NCBI GenBank assembly: GCA_036502765.1
Contig: DASXXX010000031.1
Location: 56,696-120,695, forward strand
Length of the DNA stretch: 64,000 nt
Source of the DNA: Acidimicrobiia bacterium
Lineage (GTDB): Bacteria > Actinomycetota > Acidimicrobiia > IMCC26256 > DASPTH01
Reading direction: 5' to 3'
Part shown: piece by piece, positions 1 through 8,983 of the stretch
Layout: every line of letters starts with the position of its first letter
Position numbering within the stretch: the first letter of the stretch is position 1
Position numbers and translations under genes: made by a program
Notes under the pieces: generated by a model
The model's input: only the letters and a program-made list of their open reading frames with translations
Told to the model about the DNA's origin: nothing
The model's database searches: none

Positions 1-44
1 AGGGGGATCTTCTGCGTCCCCCCGCAGTCCACGCGTGTCATCCC

Positions 45-1292
45 TTGGGGGGATTCCCCGCCGTGCTCCCAGCAGTACGGTCGGTGTTCGTGTTGTCGAC
101 GGCCACCGCGCATCGCCTCTTCGGACCCTGCTCGCGATCGGGCGCGTTCCTGGACGTTGCGATCGCGATCGTCGCGCTTGCTGGGTCGCTGGCGCTGATC
201 TCCCACGGCGGCATTCCCGGCTCGGTTGCTCATGGCGGCGATCTCGACGCGCTCGGGATCCTGCTCGCAGCCTGCTCGACGCTTCCGGTCATCTTGTGGC
301 GCCGGTCTCCGATGGGTGTCTTCGTCGTGACCGCCGTGGCGAGCGTGCTCCTGGCGGGATTCGGCTATCGGGTCGGGGTGCCTCTCGGTCCTACGGCCGC
401 GCTCTACCTGCTGGCGGCGAGCCGCGACGACGAGAATCCCTGGACGCGGCGAATCACCTGCGCGGTCGTTGCGCTGTTCGTCGCCTACCTGGGCGCGGCT
501 GCCCTCGGCGACGGAGGCTTTCCCGGGACCGAGCTCTTGCACGCCGGCCTCGCGTGGGCGGTCGCCTGGTTCGCCGGCGAGCGAACCCGTCTGCGCCATG
601 AGCACATCGCCGAGTTGCGCGAGCGCGCGGTGCGTGCCGAGCGCGACGCGGCTCGGGAGGGCTTGCTTGCGGTTGCCGAGGAACGCGCCCGGATCGCCCG
701 CGACCTCCATGATTCGGCCGGACACGCGATCAATGTGATTGCCATCCGTGCCGGCGCGGCCCGTCTGCGCCACGAGCAGGAGCCCGATCGTTCGATCTTG
801 GCGCTGGAGGCGATCGAAGATCTCGCCCGACAGACTGCCGGAGAGATCGATCAGATCGTCGGCGCGCTGCGCGACCGCAGCTGTGAGAGCCGCGAAATGC
901 CAGCTCCTGCCGGGCTCGCGTCGCTACAGACGCTCGTCGGGCACCATGCTGGCGGTGGGCTCGATGTGACGGTCACGACCGCGGGGTCGCCGCGACAGCT
1001 CGGTGTTGCGGTCGACCTAGCTGCGTATCGGATCCTGCAGGAAGGACTGACGAACGCCGCCCGGCACGGGAAGGGTGCGGCGCGAGTCGAGTTGACGTTC
1101 GGCGACGCGGCGCTCGCCCTGACGATCACCAACCCCGTGCCGGATGGCGCGCTTGTCTCGACCAGCGGTGGGCACGGGGTGATCGGCATGTGTGAACGCG
1201 CGACCCTGCTCGGCGGCAGCCTCGACGCCGACCGCGTCAACGGTGCCTTTCGCGTCCGAGCCACGCTGCCCTACGCAGAGGATCTCTCGTGA
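45..1292 (+). CDS. Two-component sensor histidine kinase (HisKA_3 / NarL-partner type) with hydrophobic N-terminal half
   Basis: 415-aa ORF. It has an H-box ARDLHDSAGHAINVI, an N-box LQEGLTNAARHG and a G-box GGHGVIGMCERA. The stop overlaps the next gene start (GTGA at 1289-1292). The TTG start at 45 is uncertain. Confidence 0.85.
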   Translation: MGGFPAVLPAVRSVFVLSTATAHRLFGPCSRSGAFLDVAIAIVALAGSLALISHGGIPGSVAHGGDLDALGILLAACSTLPVILWRRSPMGVFVVTAVASVLLAGFGYRVGVPLGPTAALYLLAASRDDENPWTRRITCAVVALFVAYLGAAALGDGGFPGTELLHAGLAWAVAWFAGERTRLRHEHIAELRERAVRAERDAAREGLLAVAEERARIARDLHDSAGHAINVIAIRAGAARLRHEQEPDRSILALEAIEDLARQTAGEIDQIVGALRDRSCESREMPAPAGLASLQTLVGHHAGGGLDVTVTTAGSPRQLGVAVDLAAYRILQEGLTNAARHGKGAARVELTFGDAALALTITNPVPDGALVSTSGGHGVIGMCERATLLGGSLDADRVNGAFRVRATLPYAEDLS

Positions 1293-1965
1293 CGCGGGTT
1301 CTGATCGCCGACGACGACCATCTCATGCGCGCAGGGCTCATCGAGCTCCTCTCCGCCGACCCCTCGATCGAGATCATCGTGAAGCTTCGACCGGACGCGA
1401 AGCAGTGAAGAAAGCTCGGCGACTCGGCCCCGACGTCGTGCTCATGGACGTCCGGATGCCGGACCTCGATGGCATCACTGCAACACGCGAGCTGACGCAA
1501 TCCGCGCCCAGCGTACGAGTGCTGATCCTCACCACCTTCGAACAAGACGACTACATCTTCGGAGCGCTGCGCGCCGGCGCCTCCGGGTTCCTCCTCAAGC
1601 GAACCCGACCCGAGGACCTGATCGCGGCCGTCCACACCATCGCCGCCGGTGATTCCTTGCTCTCTCCCGCAGTCACCCGACGCGTCATCGACCGCATGGC
1701 CCAGCAACCCATTCCTGACCTCGCTCGTCAGGCCCGACTCGATCAGCTCACTGCACGCGAGGGAGAAGTCCTCGGACTCGTCGCGCGCGGCCTCTCGAAC
1801 CGCGAGATCGCTGCCACGCTCGTCGTCGAGGAGTCGACGATCAAGACCCACGTCAAGCGCATCCTGATGAAGCTCGGGCTCCGCGATCGCGTCCAGGTCG
1901 TGATCTTCGCCTACGAAACCGGCATGAACCAGCCTGTCGTCGTGACCCATCCGATCCCGCCCTGA
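1289..1965 (+). pseudogene. NarL/LuxR-family response regulator interrupted by a 1-nt frameshift near 1379-1381
   Basis: The receiver N-terminus VTRVLIADDDHLMRAGLIELLSADPSIEII is read from GTG 1289 and hits TGA at 1406-1408. The rest (EASTGREAVKKARRLGPDVVLMDVRMPDLDGI ... LuxR HTH LTAREGEVLGLVARGLSNREIA) continues in the frame of ORF 1192..1965. The junction ATCATC-GT-GAAGCT looks like a codon missing one base. Confidence 0.7.
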
Positions 1966-2183
1966 GCGCGCCCATCGTGGTTCGGCAGTGTCCGGCTGGC
2001 GTGCAGAGTGGTTCCGCCGATCGATCGTCTCGCGAGGTTTGCTTCCTGCCGGTCGGAGTGCGCCGTGGCCAAGTATCGAGATATCCGTACGGAGGAGTTG
2101 GATGGGCAACAACTCGGCGAGCGATGGGCAACCCCGCCGCTCGACCGGAAGAGTCCTCCAGCCTCTGACCGGCCGTTTCTCTG

Positions 2184-2255
2184 CGCCCCCGGAAGGATTC
2201 GAACCTCCGCGCACGGTTTAGGAAACCGATGCTCTATCCCCTGAGCTACGGGGGC
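2184..2255 (-). tRNA. tRNA-Arg (anticodon CCT)
   Basis: 72-nt cloverleaf on the minus strand. Acceptor stem GCCCCCG/CGGGGGC, D-arm GCTC-AGGGGATA-GAGC, anticodon loop TTCCTAA, T-arm GGAGG-TTCGAAT-CCTTC, discriminator G. CCA is not encoded. Confidence 0.9.
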
Positions 2256-2859
2256 GGGGCCGGCGCGATTGGTGCAAGAACACCCTGCGGCGGACTGCTC
2301 AGGATAGGGCGACGCGGGCTGGTCGAGCCGCGATCGGCGTGCTCTGCCTGGCCGACGCGGACGAAGCGATGCCGGGGCGCGCGAGGCACTTGCGGTCGGA
2401 GTGCCTGCGTCAGGCGGCGAGCCGGGGTACGCCCGAGACATGTCGAGTGCCGATCGGCGAGGACTACGAGCCTCGTGGCATCAGGCCACTAACGCGAAAG
2501 ACGTCGCCTCAGGCTCCAACGCCGCGTCACGCGCTTCGGAGGGTCGCCACGCTCGATGGATTCGCGCGGGGCAGCGGCACGACGGAGAGCGTCGCGCGTC
2601 GCTTCGAACTCTTGGGTCTCTCGAAGCGGATCAGCAGAGAACCTCATGGAACCTCTCACTGTATCCACGCGCGTGGAATCTCCCAAGTGCCGTCCCCAAG
2701 CCGTCTGGAGGTCCGAGCGTGATGGATCTGTGCGCGTCCGCCTGAAGGTGGGCGCGCTCGCGCGCGGCCCCAGGTGGCCGTCCCGAGGAGCTCGCTCATT
2801 GCTGCCCTCACGGGTGCCAGCGCACTCATCCGCCTCGGTTCTGCTCCTCGCTAGCGTAA

Positions 2860-2888
2860 TGTACAAGTATACATCTACAGTGCTACTG
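2860..2888. promoter_or_regulatory. AT-rich promoter/operator island upstream of the first substrate-binding-protein gene
   Basis: TGTACAAGTATACA (2860-2873, palindromic TGTAC..ATACA) is followed by the -10-like TACAGT (2876-2881). The 14-mer recurs 13/14 at 62124-62137. Confidence 0.4.
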
Positions 2889-2891
2889 ACT

Positions 2892-2916
2892 ACCCGGCCG
2901 CATTCGGCGGCCGGGT
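2892..2916 (+). promoter_or_regulatory. Perfect 10-bp stem / 5-nt loop hairpin in the putative 5' leader of the SBP gene
   Basis: ACCCGGCCGC-attcg-GCGGCCGGGT lies between the -10-like hexamer and the GGGGGAAG Shine-Dalgarno that precedes GTG 2937. Confidence 0.4.
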
Positions 2917-2936
2917 GACTGAACGGGGGAAGCACG

Positions 2937-4223
2937 GTGACGGATCAGAGGGGTAGACGGTTGCGCGCGCGCTGGTGGATCGCGGTGGTGTCGGCCGTCG
3001 CGCTGGTTGGGGTGGTGTCGGGCGCGGCTGCGGCCCGAACTGCGCCGCATGCACAGGCAACGCCTGGGTTCGACGGTAAGACGATCAAGGTGGCGGGGCT
3101 CGGTTTCGCCGCGAGCTTCAACCCTGACGCCGAGGTAGGTGCGCAGGCGCGGTTCGCGAAGGCGAACGAGAGCAATGAGTTGAACGGCGTGAAGATCGAG
3201 TTCGCCGAGTTCGCCGACGACAAGTCGGACGCGGCGACCTCGGTCAACGAAGCGCGGCGTCTGGTCGAGCAGGAGGGTGTCTTCGCGATTGTGCCGATGA
3301 TGTCTTCAACTGCACCGGGCACGTACATGAACCAGAAGCAGGTGCCGTACTTCGGCTGGGGAATCGACACCAGCTACTGCGGTCCTGGCGACAAGCTCTA
3401 CGGGTTCGGTTTCGACGGCTGTGTCCTGCCACCGAACGCGAAGGCGGTGCCAGATTTCTCGGCGGGGACGACGTACAAGTACATGACCGAGACGTTGGCG
3501 ATCAAGAAGCCGACGATCGCGACCGTCGGGTACGACAGCGCGGGCGGGAAGACGTCGAATCAGTCCTTCATCGCGCAGGCGACCGGCAGCGGTTTGAAGG
3601 TGGTGTGGGCGAAGACCGCTCTCCCTGCTCCGCCCGCAGTCGTCGGTGACTACTCGCCGTTCGTCCAGCAGATCCTCGCGGCGAACGGGGGCAAGGGACC
3701 CGACGCCGTGTGGTTGCCGTTGTCGTTCAACGACGTGTTGAACATGGTCAAGGCGCTGCGCAGCGCGAACTACCAGGGCACCATCGTGACCGCGCTGTAC
3801 TCGGATGCGTTGCTCAAGCCGCTCGCAAACACGATCGCCGTCGCGCCAATCGCGCCCTTCGAGCAGCACTCGGCAGGGACCGACGCGATGGTCGCCACGA
3901 TCAAGGCGTACAAGGCCGATGCGAAGCCATCGACCGTGATGGCTGTGGGTTACCTGTCCGCTGATTTCTTCGTCAAGGCCGTGAAGAAGCTCGGCACGAA
4001 GAACCTCACTCGCCAGGCGTTGCAGAAGACGGCAGCACGCATGACCTACGGGATCCCGAACACGGTCGGGCCGACGCAGTTCCCCAGGGCGTTCCAGGCA
4101 CTGAACACGTACTGCGCGGCACTGGTGACGAACGCCGACGGTTCAGCCTGGTCGGTCGCCGAGCCGTACACGTGCACGAACAAGTTCAACAAGGTCAAAG
4201 GCACTGCCACCGAAGTTGGGTGA
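2937..4223 (+). CDS. ABC transporter substrate-binding protein, LivK/Peripla_BP_6 family (paralog 1)
   Basis: 428-aa ORF with an N-terminal signal-like segment RRLRARWWIAVVSAVALVGVVSGAAAA. It aligns full-length by eye to ORF 13062..14336, with most positions identical. Confidence 0.9.
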   Translation: MTDQRGRRLRARWWIAVVSAVALVGVVSGAAAARTAPHAQATPGFDGKTIKVAGLGFAASFNPDAEVGAQARFAKANESNELNGVKIEFAEFADDKSDAATSVNEARRLVEQEGVFAIVPMMSSTAPGTYMNQKQVPYFGWGIDTSYCGPGDKLYGFGFDGCVLPPNAKAVPDFSAGTTYKYMTETLAIKKPTIATVGYDSAGGKTSNQSFIAQATGSGLKVVWAKTALPAPPAVVGDYSPFVQQILAANGGKGPDAVWLPLSFNDVLNMVKALRSANYQGTIVTALYSDALLKPLANTIAVAPIAPFEQHSAGTDAMVATIKAYKADAKPSTVMAVGYLSADFFVKAVKKLGTKNLTRQALQKTAARMTYGIPNTVGPTQFPRAFQALNTYCAALVTNADGSAWSVAEPYTCTNKFNKVKGTATEVG

Positions 4224-4238
4224 CACACGTCCCGAGAC

Positions 4239-4274
4239 GCTGGCTGGCGGTCGTGCCACTCACCGCCAGCCAGC
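4239..4274. terminator. Bidirectional hairpin between convergent genes
   Basis: Perfect 12-bp stem GCTGGCTGGCGG / CCGCCAGCCAGC with a 12-nt loop. It sits between the SBP stop (4223) and the stop of the minus-strand dehydrogenase (4274-4276). Confidence 0.55.
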
Positions 4275-5146
4275 TACGGGGCTTCAGGCGTGTATTCGAA
4301 GAATCCGCGACCGGACTTTCGTCCCAGCCGGCCCACTTGGTTCATCCGCCGGAGCAGCGGTGGCGGACAATATGCAGACTCGCCAAACTCGGCGTGGAGC
4401 GACTCGGCCATCGCGACCACGATGTCCACACCGATCAGGTCGCACAGTCGCAGCGGTCCCAATGGGTGGCCGAATGCGAGCACGAGTGCGTCGTCGATCT
4501 CCGATGCCGACGCGAGCCCTGCCTCGAGCATGCGAATCGCGTTGAGCAACATCGGGACGAGCAGCGCATTGACGACGAAGCCGGCTCGATCCTCGACCCG
4601 CACGACGTGCTTGCCCAGCGTGTCGCTCGCAAACGCCGTAGCCGCGCTCGTGACATGCGGGGCGGTCAGGAGCGTCGGAACTATTTCGACGAGTCGCATG
4701 ACTGGCACGGGGTTGAAGAAGTGGATGCCGAGGACGCGTTCCGGTCGGCTGGAAGAGGTGGCGATGTCGGTGACGGGGATCGACGACGTGTTCGTCGCGA
4801 GGATCGTGTCGGCGCCAACCACGGCGTCGAGTTCCGAGAAGACCTTGCGCTTCTCGTCCAGGTCTTCGATGACCGCCTCGAGGACGAGCTGCCGATCTGT
4901 GAGGCTTCCGAGACCGGTGACGAAGCTGACCTTGTTCAGCGCGAGGTTCTTCGTCTCGGCGGTGATCTTCTCGCGCTGGACGGCGCGGTCGAGCGAGCTC
5001 GTGACGCGATCGGTCGCGGCGTCGGCTCGCCGTTGATCCTGCTCGCAGAGGATCACGGAGAGTCCCGCCCGCGCACAGGTCTCGGCGATCCCGCACCCCA
5101 TGACCCCGCCACCGACGATTCCGACTCGATCGATGTCCAAGACCAT
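4274..5146 (-). CDS. 3-hydroxyacyl-CoA (3-hydroxybutyryl-CoA) dehydrogenase
   Basis: Rossmann motif VGIVGGGVMGCGIAE near the N-terminus, with family-typical FFNPVPVMRLVEIV and GFVVNALL segments. The alternative GTG start at 5173 would place the start inside the AT-rich island. Confidence 0.9.
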   Translation of the reverse strand: MVLDIDRVGIVGGGVMGCGIAETCARAGLSVILCEQDQRRADAATDRVTSSLDRAVQREKITAETKNLALNKVSFVTGLGSLTDRQLVLEAVIEDLDEKRKVFSELDAVVGADTILATNTSSIPVTDIATSSSRPERVLGIHFFNPVPVMRLVEIVPTLLTAPHVTSAATAFASDTLGKHVVRVEDRAGFVVNALLVPMLLNAIRMLEAGLASASEIDDALVLAFGHPLGPLRLCDLIGVDIVVAMAESLHAEFGESAYCPPPLLRRMNQVGRLGRKSGRGFFEYTPEAP

Positions 5147-5215
5147 CTCCAGACGAAACGTTGATACAGTCACTGTCTAGTTGCACAGCCTAGGGGTCCG
5201 TCAGAAGATGTCCGG

Positions 5216-6034
5216 ATGTCGGCCGACCGGGGGAACTTCATGACAGTCGACGTCAGCCTGACCGGACGGCGTGTTCTCGTCGTCGGAGGGTCTGGGGGCA
5301 TCGGGCGTGCCTCGGCCTTGAGCGCGGCAGCAGCCGGAGCCGAGATCACGGTGGTTGGACGAAGCCCTGAGAAGCTCGCGGAGGTGATCGCCACCGCCGG
5401 GCACGGCACCGCGATCTCCGCCGACGTCCGAGAGCCGAGCCGTTGCGTCAGCATGGTGAACGAGGCCGTCGAGGCGATGGGAGCGTTCGACGTCGTCCTG
5501 TTCGCAACGGGCATCACGCACCTGCTTCCAGTGGGCCGCGTCGATCCACAAACCCTGCAGGACATCTTCGCCGTCAATTCAGTGGCCCCGGCCCTGGTCG
5601 CGGATGCCGCTGTGCATCACTTGACCGAAACCGGAGTCATGCTCTTTCTCTCGTCGATGTCGGCCGGTACGAACTACCAGGGTCTCGGGCCGTACGCGGC
5701 GAGCAAGGCGGCGCTCGAACGAATCGTGCGGGCGTTCCAGTTCGAGCATCCCGAACATCGATTCATGTGCATTGCCGTCGGTGACACGTCGGGGACGGAC
5801 ATCGCACGAACGTACGACGTCGAGCTCACCGCCGACCTCCTGCCTCGGTGGCTCGCATCGGCCGTCATGTACGAGCGGCAGATGGAGGTCGCGGACCTCG
5901 GAGAGATGCTCGTCGAACTGACGGCGATGTTGTTGGCGCATCCCGGAATCTCGGTTCCCGAGATCGCAATGGTGCCGCCCGGCCCCATGCGCACGGGGAC
6001 CATGGAGGACTTCATGCGTTCGATGGCCGAGTAA
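5216..6034 (+). CDS. Short-chain dehydrogenase/reductase (SDR)
   Basis: VLVVGGSGGIGRA cofactor motif and YAASKAAL (YxxxK). An alternative start exists at ATG 5240. Confidence 0.85.
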   Translation: MSADRGNFMTVDVSLTGRRVLVVGGSGGIGRASALSAAAAGAEITVVGRSPEKLAEVIATAGHGTAISADVREPSRCVSMVNEAVEAMGAFDVVLFATGITHLLPVGRVDPQTLQDIFAVNSVAPALVADAAVHHLTETGVMLFLSSMSAGTNYQGLGPYAASKAALERIVRAFQFEHPEHRFMCIAVGDTSGTDIARTYDVELTADLLPRWLASAVMYERQMEVADLGEMLVELTAMLLAHPGISVPEIAMVPPGPMRTGTMEDFMRSMAE

Positions 6035-6486
6035 TGGCGGACTCACACGAAGCGAGGATCCTGCTCACGGGATTGGACTCGAACGGAAGGTCGTGTGTCG
6101 TCGGAACCGAACCCGTGGCCTTGGGATCAGACCCGTCAACCCCCGGCTTCTGGTTCGCGGAGATCTTCCAGACGTCCTCCGCGCCGCCACCTCCGCGAGC
6201 GGGTGGGCGAGGTGAGTGGCTGGATCTCGGACTCGATCCGGGCATCGTCCGATGGCAGATCATCGACTACGCGCCGTTGCGGACGTATGGGTTGCACCAC
6301 ACGGACACCATCGACATCGATCTGGTGCTCCGTGGCTCCATCGAGTTGCGGCTGGACGACGGTCCGCACTTCCTCGAAGCAGGCGACGGTGTCGTCGTCA
6401 CCGGCGTCGATCACACCTGGACGAGCGGTCCCGAAGGCTGTCGGCTCAGCGTGACGTTCATCGGCACGCCTCGGTCCAACAGCTGA
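6034..6486 (+). CDS. Cupin-domain protein
   Basis: 150 aa read from the ATG that overlaps the upstream TAA (TAATG). The C-terminal beta-barrel-like segment is HHTDTIDIDLVLRGSIELRLDDGPHFLEAGDGVVV..DHTW. Confidence 0.7.
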   Translation: MADSHEARILLTGLDSNGRSCVVGTEPVALGSDPSTPGFWFAEIFQTSSAPPPPRAGGRGEWLDLGLDPGIVRWQIIDYAPLRTYGLHHTDTIDIDLVLRGSIELRLDDGPHFLEAGDGVVVTGVDHTWTSGPEGCRLSVTFIGTPRSNS

Positions 6487-6514
6487 GCTCGCGCCGGCGT
6501 CCCGTCGCACCCGT

Positions 6515-7507
6515 CTAGAGGTGCTTCGCCACGAAGTCGTGCAGCTCGGCGTCGAGCTCGGCATCTTCGGGTGCAAAGCCGAAGAATCCGCCGTGGGGCA
6601 TGGCTTCGCCGACGTGGAGCTCCGCCTCGACGTCGGCGGCGCGCAGCTTGCGGTGGAAGCGAACCGTGTTCGAGAGGAAGAGGTCACGCGTGCCGGTTTG
6701 CAGGTACGTCGGTGGGAAGTGGCTCACGTCGCCGAACAAGGGGGAGAGGAACGGATCTTCGAGGTCGTGGCCGCCGCAGTAGAGGGCGATCGAGTCGGTG
6801 AGTCGGTGCACGAGCACATAGTCGACGCCGTGATTGGTCTCGAACGAGTCTCCAGATTCGGTGAGGTCGGCTTCCGGCGAGTTGAGCACGAGGCAGGCGG
6901 GCATCGGCAGACCTTCGGCGTGTGCTTTGAGCATCAGCGCGGCGGCGAGGTTGCCGCCTGCGGACGAGCCGCTCACCGCGATCTTCTTCGGAGGTCGCAC
7001 GTCGAGCAGGGCGCGGTACACGGTGAGACAATCGTCGAGCGGCGTCGGATACGGATGGTCGGGCGGCATGCGGTAGTCGACTGCCCACGTGACCAACCCG
7101 GCAGCTGTGGCCGTCACGGTTCCCATCGCCCGACACGCTTGTCCCCCGCCCGCGATGAGGCCACCGCCGTGGATGTCGTAGAGCAGTGGCGCGTCGTCGC
7201 CGTCGTCGGCGTCCGGCGGAGTGATCACGAACACGTCGATGCCTTCGATCGAGATCTGTTCCACCGTCGCGTCGATGGCCGCGATGCGGGCTTCGATGCC
7301 GATCAGGATCTGTTCGTCCATCGCCGCGATGGTGGCCTTCCACGCGGCGTGGTCGTCGAGGGCGGGAAACGCCTGCGGGGAGGTCAAGCGGTCCGACACC
7401 ATTTGACTGCCCATGACCATGAGGGCCTGAGCCTCCGGGCTCACTGACTGTGGCACTGGGATGCTGCGCGTCAGATGCAACGTTCCGTCGTCGGTCGGGT
7501 TGCTCAT
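6515..7507 (-). CDS. Alpha/beta hydrolase, hormone-sensitive-lipase-type carboxylesterase
   Basis: HGGG oxyanion motif (YDIHGGGLIAGG) and nucleophile elbow GSSAGGNLAAA. GGAGG Shine-Dalgarno upstream of ATG 7507. Confidence 0.85.
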   Translation of the reverse strand: MSNPTDDGTLHLTRSIPVPQSVSPEAQALMVMGSQMVSDRLTSPQAFPALDDHAAWKATIAAMDEQILIGIEARIAAIDATVEQISIEGIDVFVITPPDADDGDDAPLLYDIHGGGLIAGGGQACRAMGTVTATAAGLVTWAVDYRMPPDHPYPTPLDDCLTVYRALLDVRPPKKIAVSGSSAGGNLAAALMLKAHAEGLPMPACLVLNSPEADLTESGDSFETNHGVDYVLVHRLTDSIALYCGGHDLEDPFLSPLFGDVSHFPPTYLQTGTRDLFLSNTVRFHRKLRAADVEAELHVGEAMPHGGFFGFAPEDAELDAELHDFVAKHL

Positions 7508-7552
7508 GTGATCTGGGTGCCTCCGTGTAGTGGTCGGATTTCGGGACGCCGT

Positions 7553-8707
7553 TCAGCGTCCGCGTAGCCAGTCCTGGATGACGGCGTCGGTGTCGGCACC
7601 GAGTGCGGGACCGTTCGACGGGACGCGGAGCGGCGTAGCGAGCAGGTGCGGCGCGGGGGATGGGACGCGGAGGACACCGCTCTCGGGATCGTGGACCGTT
7701 GTGATGCTCGACCGTGCGCGCACCTGCGGATTCGCGTAGAGCCCCGCGATGTCTTGCACTTCGGTGACCGGAACTCGCGCATCGACGAGGGCGGTGACGA
7801 CGGTCGCCAGTTCGTGGCGGGCGACCCAGCCCGCGACCGCAGCATCGAGCTCATCGGCGTTCGCGTTCCGGTCGATGGCAGTGGCGAAGCGTTCGGTGCT
7901 TTCGTGGTTCGCGTCGATGACACTGAGCAACCTCGCCACCTGAGAGTCGGTCGGCCCTGAGATCACGACCCACCGGTCGTCGCTCGTCCGGTAGACGTTG
8001 CGAGGCGTGGCGACAGGTATCCGACTCCCCGTGCGACCCGGAGCAGGTTCGCCCGGTGACCAGGTGGCCATGGCCGGTCCGAGGAGTTGCAACACCGCTT
8101 CGTAGATCGACGCGTCGACGAACTGTCCCGTTCCGCCACGGGCGTCGCGCCAGTACAGGGCTGCGAGGACGCCTTGGAATCCGAAGCAGGCACCGAGATA
8201 GTCGCCGATCGGTACCGAGGACAGGATCGGCGGCCCGTTGGCTTCGCCCGTCATGTGCGTCAGACCTGCGAACGCCTCGAGCACCGTGCCGGTACCGGGT
8301 CGTTCGGCGTATGGTCCGTCGGCGCCGTATCCGCTCACGAGCACGACGACCGCGCCCGGATTGCGTTCGGCGATTGCCTCAGCGCTGCACGCCCACCGTT
8401 CGAGCACGTGCAAGGGCTGGTTCAGTACGACGACGTCGGCCACCTCGGTGAGGCGATGTACGAGCGCGAGGCCATCGGGGTCGTCGAGGTCGGCAACGAG
8501 CGACCTCTTGTTCCGGTTGGCGAGCGACCAGATGGAGCTGCGCGTGCCGCGCATCGCACCGGTGACGCGGAGCGGATCACCGGTGGGGGGTTCGACCTTG
8601 ACGACGTCGGCGCCGAGGTCGCCGAGCATCGCGGCGAGCATCGGGCCGGGCAGAAGTGTGGAGAGGTCCAGGACGCGCACACACTCCAGCGCGCGGGGAG
8701 CATTCAC
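7553..8707 (-). CDS. Family III (CaiB/BaiF) CoA-transferase
   Basis: N-terminus ...VRVLDLSTLLPGPMLAAMLGDLGADVVKVEPP. I trimmed the start to GTG 8707 because the upstream 83 codons of the ORF are Arg-rich and cross a hairpin plus an AT-rich island. Confidence 0.85.
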   Translation of the reverse strand: MNAPRALECVRVLDLSTLLPGPMLAAMLGDLGADVVKVEPPTGDPLRVTGAMRGTRSSIWSLANRNKRSLVADLDDPDGLALVHRLTEVADVVVLNQPLHVLERWACSAEAIAERNPGAVVVLVSGYGADGPYAERPGTGTVLEAFAGLTHMTGEANGPPILSSVPIGDYLGACFGFQGVLAALYWRDARGGTGQFVDASIYEAVLQLLGPAMATWSPGEPAPGRTGSRIPVATPRNVYRTSDDRWVVISGPTDSQVARLLSVIDANHESTERFATAIDRNANADELDAAVAGWVARHELATVVTALVDARVPVTEVQDIAGLYANPQVRARSSITTVHDPESGVLRVPSPAPHLLATPLRVPSNGPALGADTDAVIQDWLRGR

Positions 8708-8879
8708 GATCGCCGGGTCCGAGTGATCGCTGATTCCATCCGTGGTCGGCCGACGCTGCGACGGCAGCGCGTGCGAGAGTATGCGACTGAACAAGAGTAG
8801 TGCAGTTGTGTATGTCGCTCGACCTGCGACAACACCCGCGTCGACATTCCGTCGGCCATGCGATGACCGGGTGACGAAC

Positions 8880-8919
8880 GGAGGAGGATCGGCCCAGGGG
8901 GGTGTGCCGATCCTCCTCC
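8880..8919 (-). terminator. Strong hairpin downstream of the amidohydrolase/NTF2 operon
   Basis: Perfect 14-bp stem GGAGGAGGATCGGC / GCCGATCCTCCTCC with a 12-nt loop, 65 nt after the NTF2-like stop. There is no U-tract. Confidence 0.5.
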
Positions 8920-8983
8920 GTCGAACGCAGCGATGCCCGGGGCGAACCCCAGGCATTGCCGCGAATCCTCGTCGCCTGAGCCG

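Noticed and set aside
1375-1410. Programmed ribosomal frameshifting in the response regulator
   Set aside because: I could see no slippery heptamer or downstream structure. A simple 1-nt deletion or a sequencing error is more parsimonious.
2489-2935. 148-aa minus-strand ORF next to the tRNA; possible small regulator or antitoxin (..MRFSADPLRETQEFEATRDAL..)
   Set aside because: No recognisable fold signature and weak third-position GC bias compared with real genes here. It also spans the AT-rich promoter island.
2184-2936. tRNA-Arg as an integration site of a mobile genomic island
   Set aside because: I could see no integrase, recombinase, transposase or direct repeat of the tRNA 3' end anywhere in the window. 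The idea is kept only as a boundary hypothesis.
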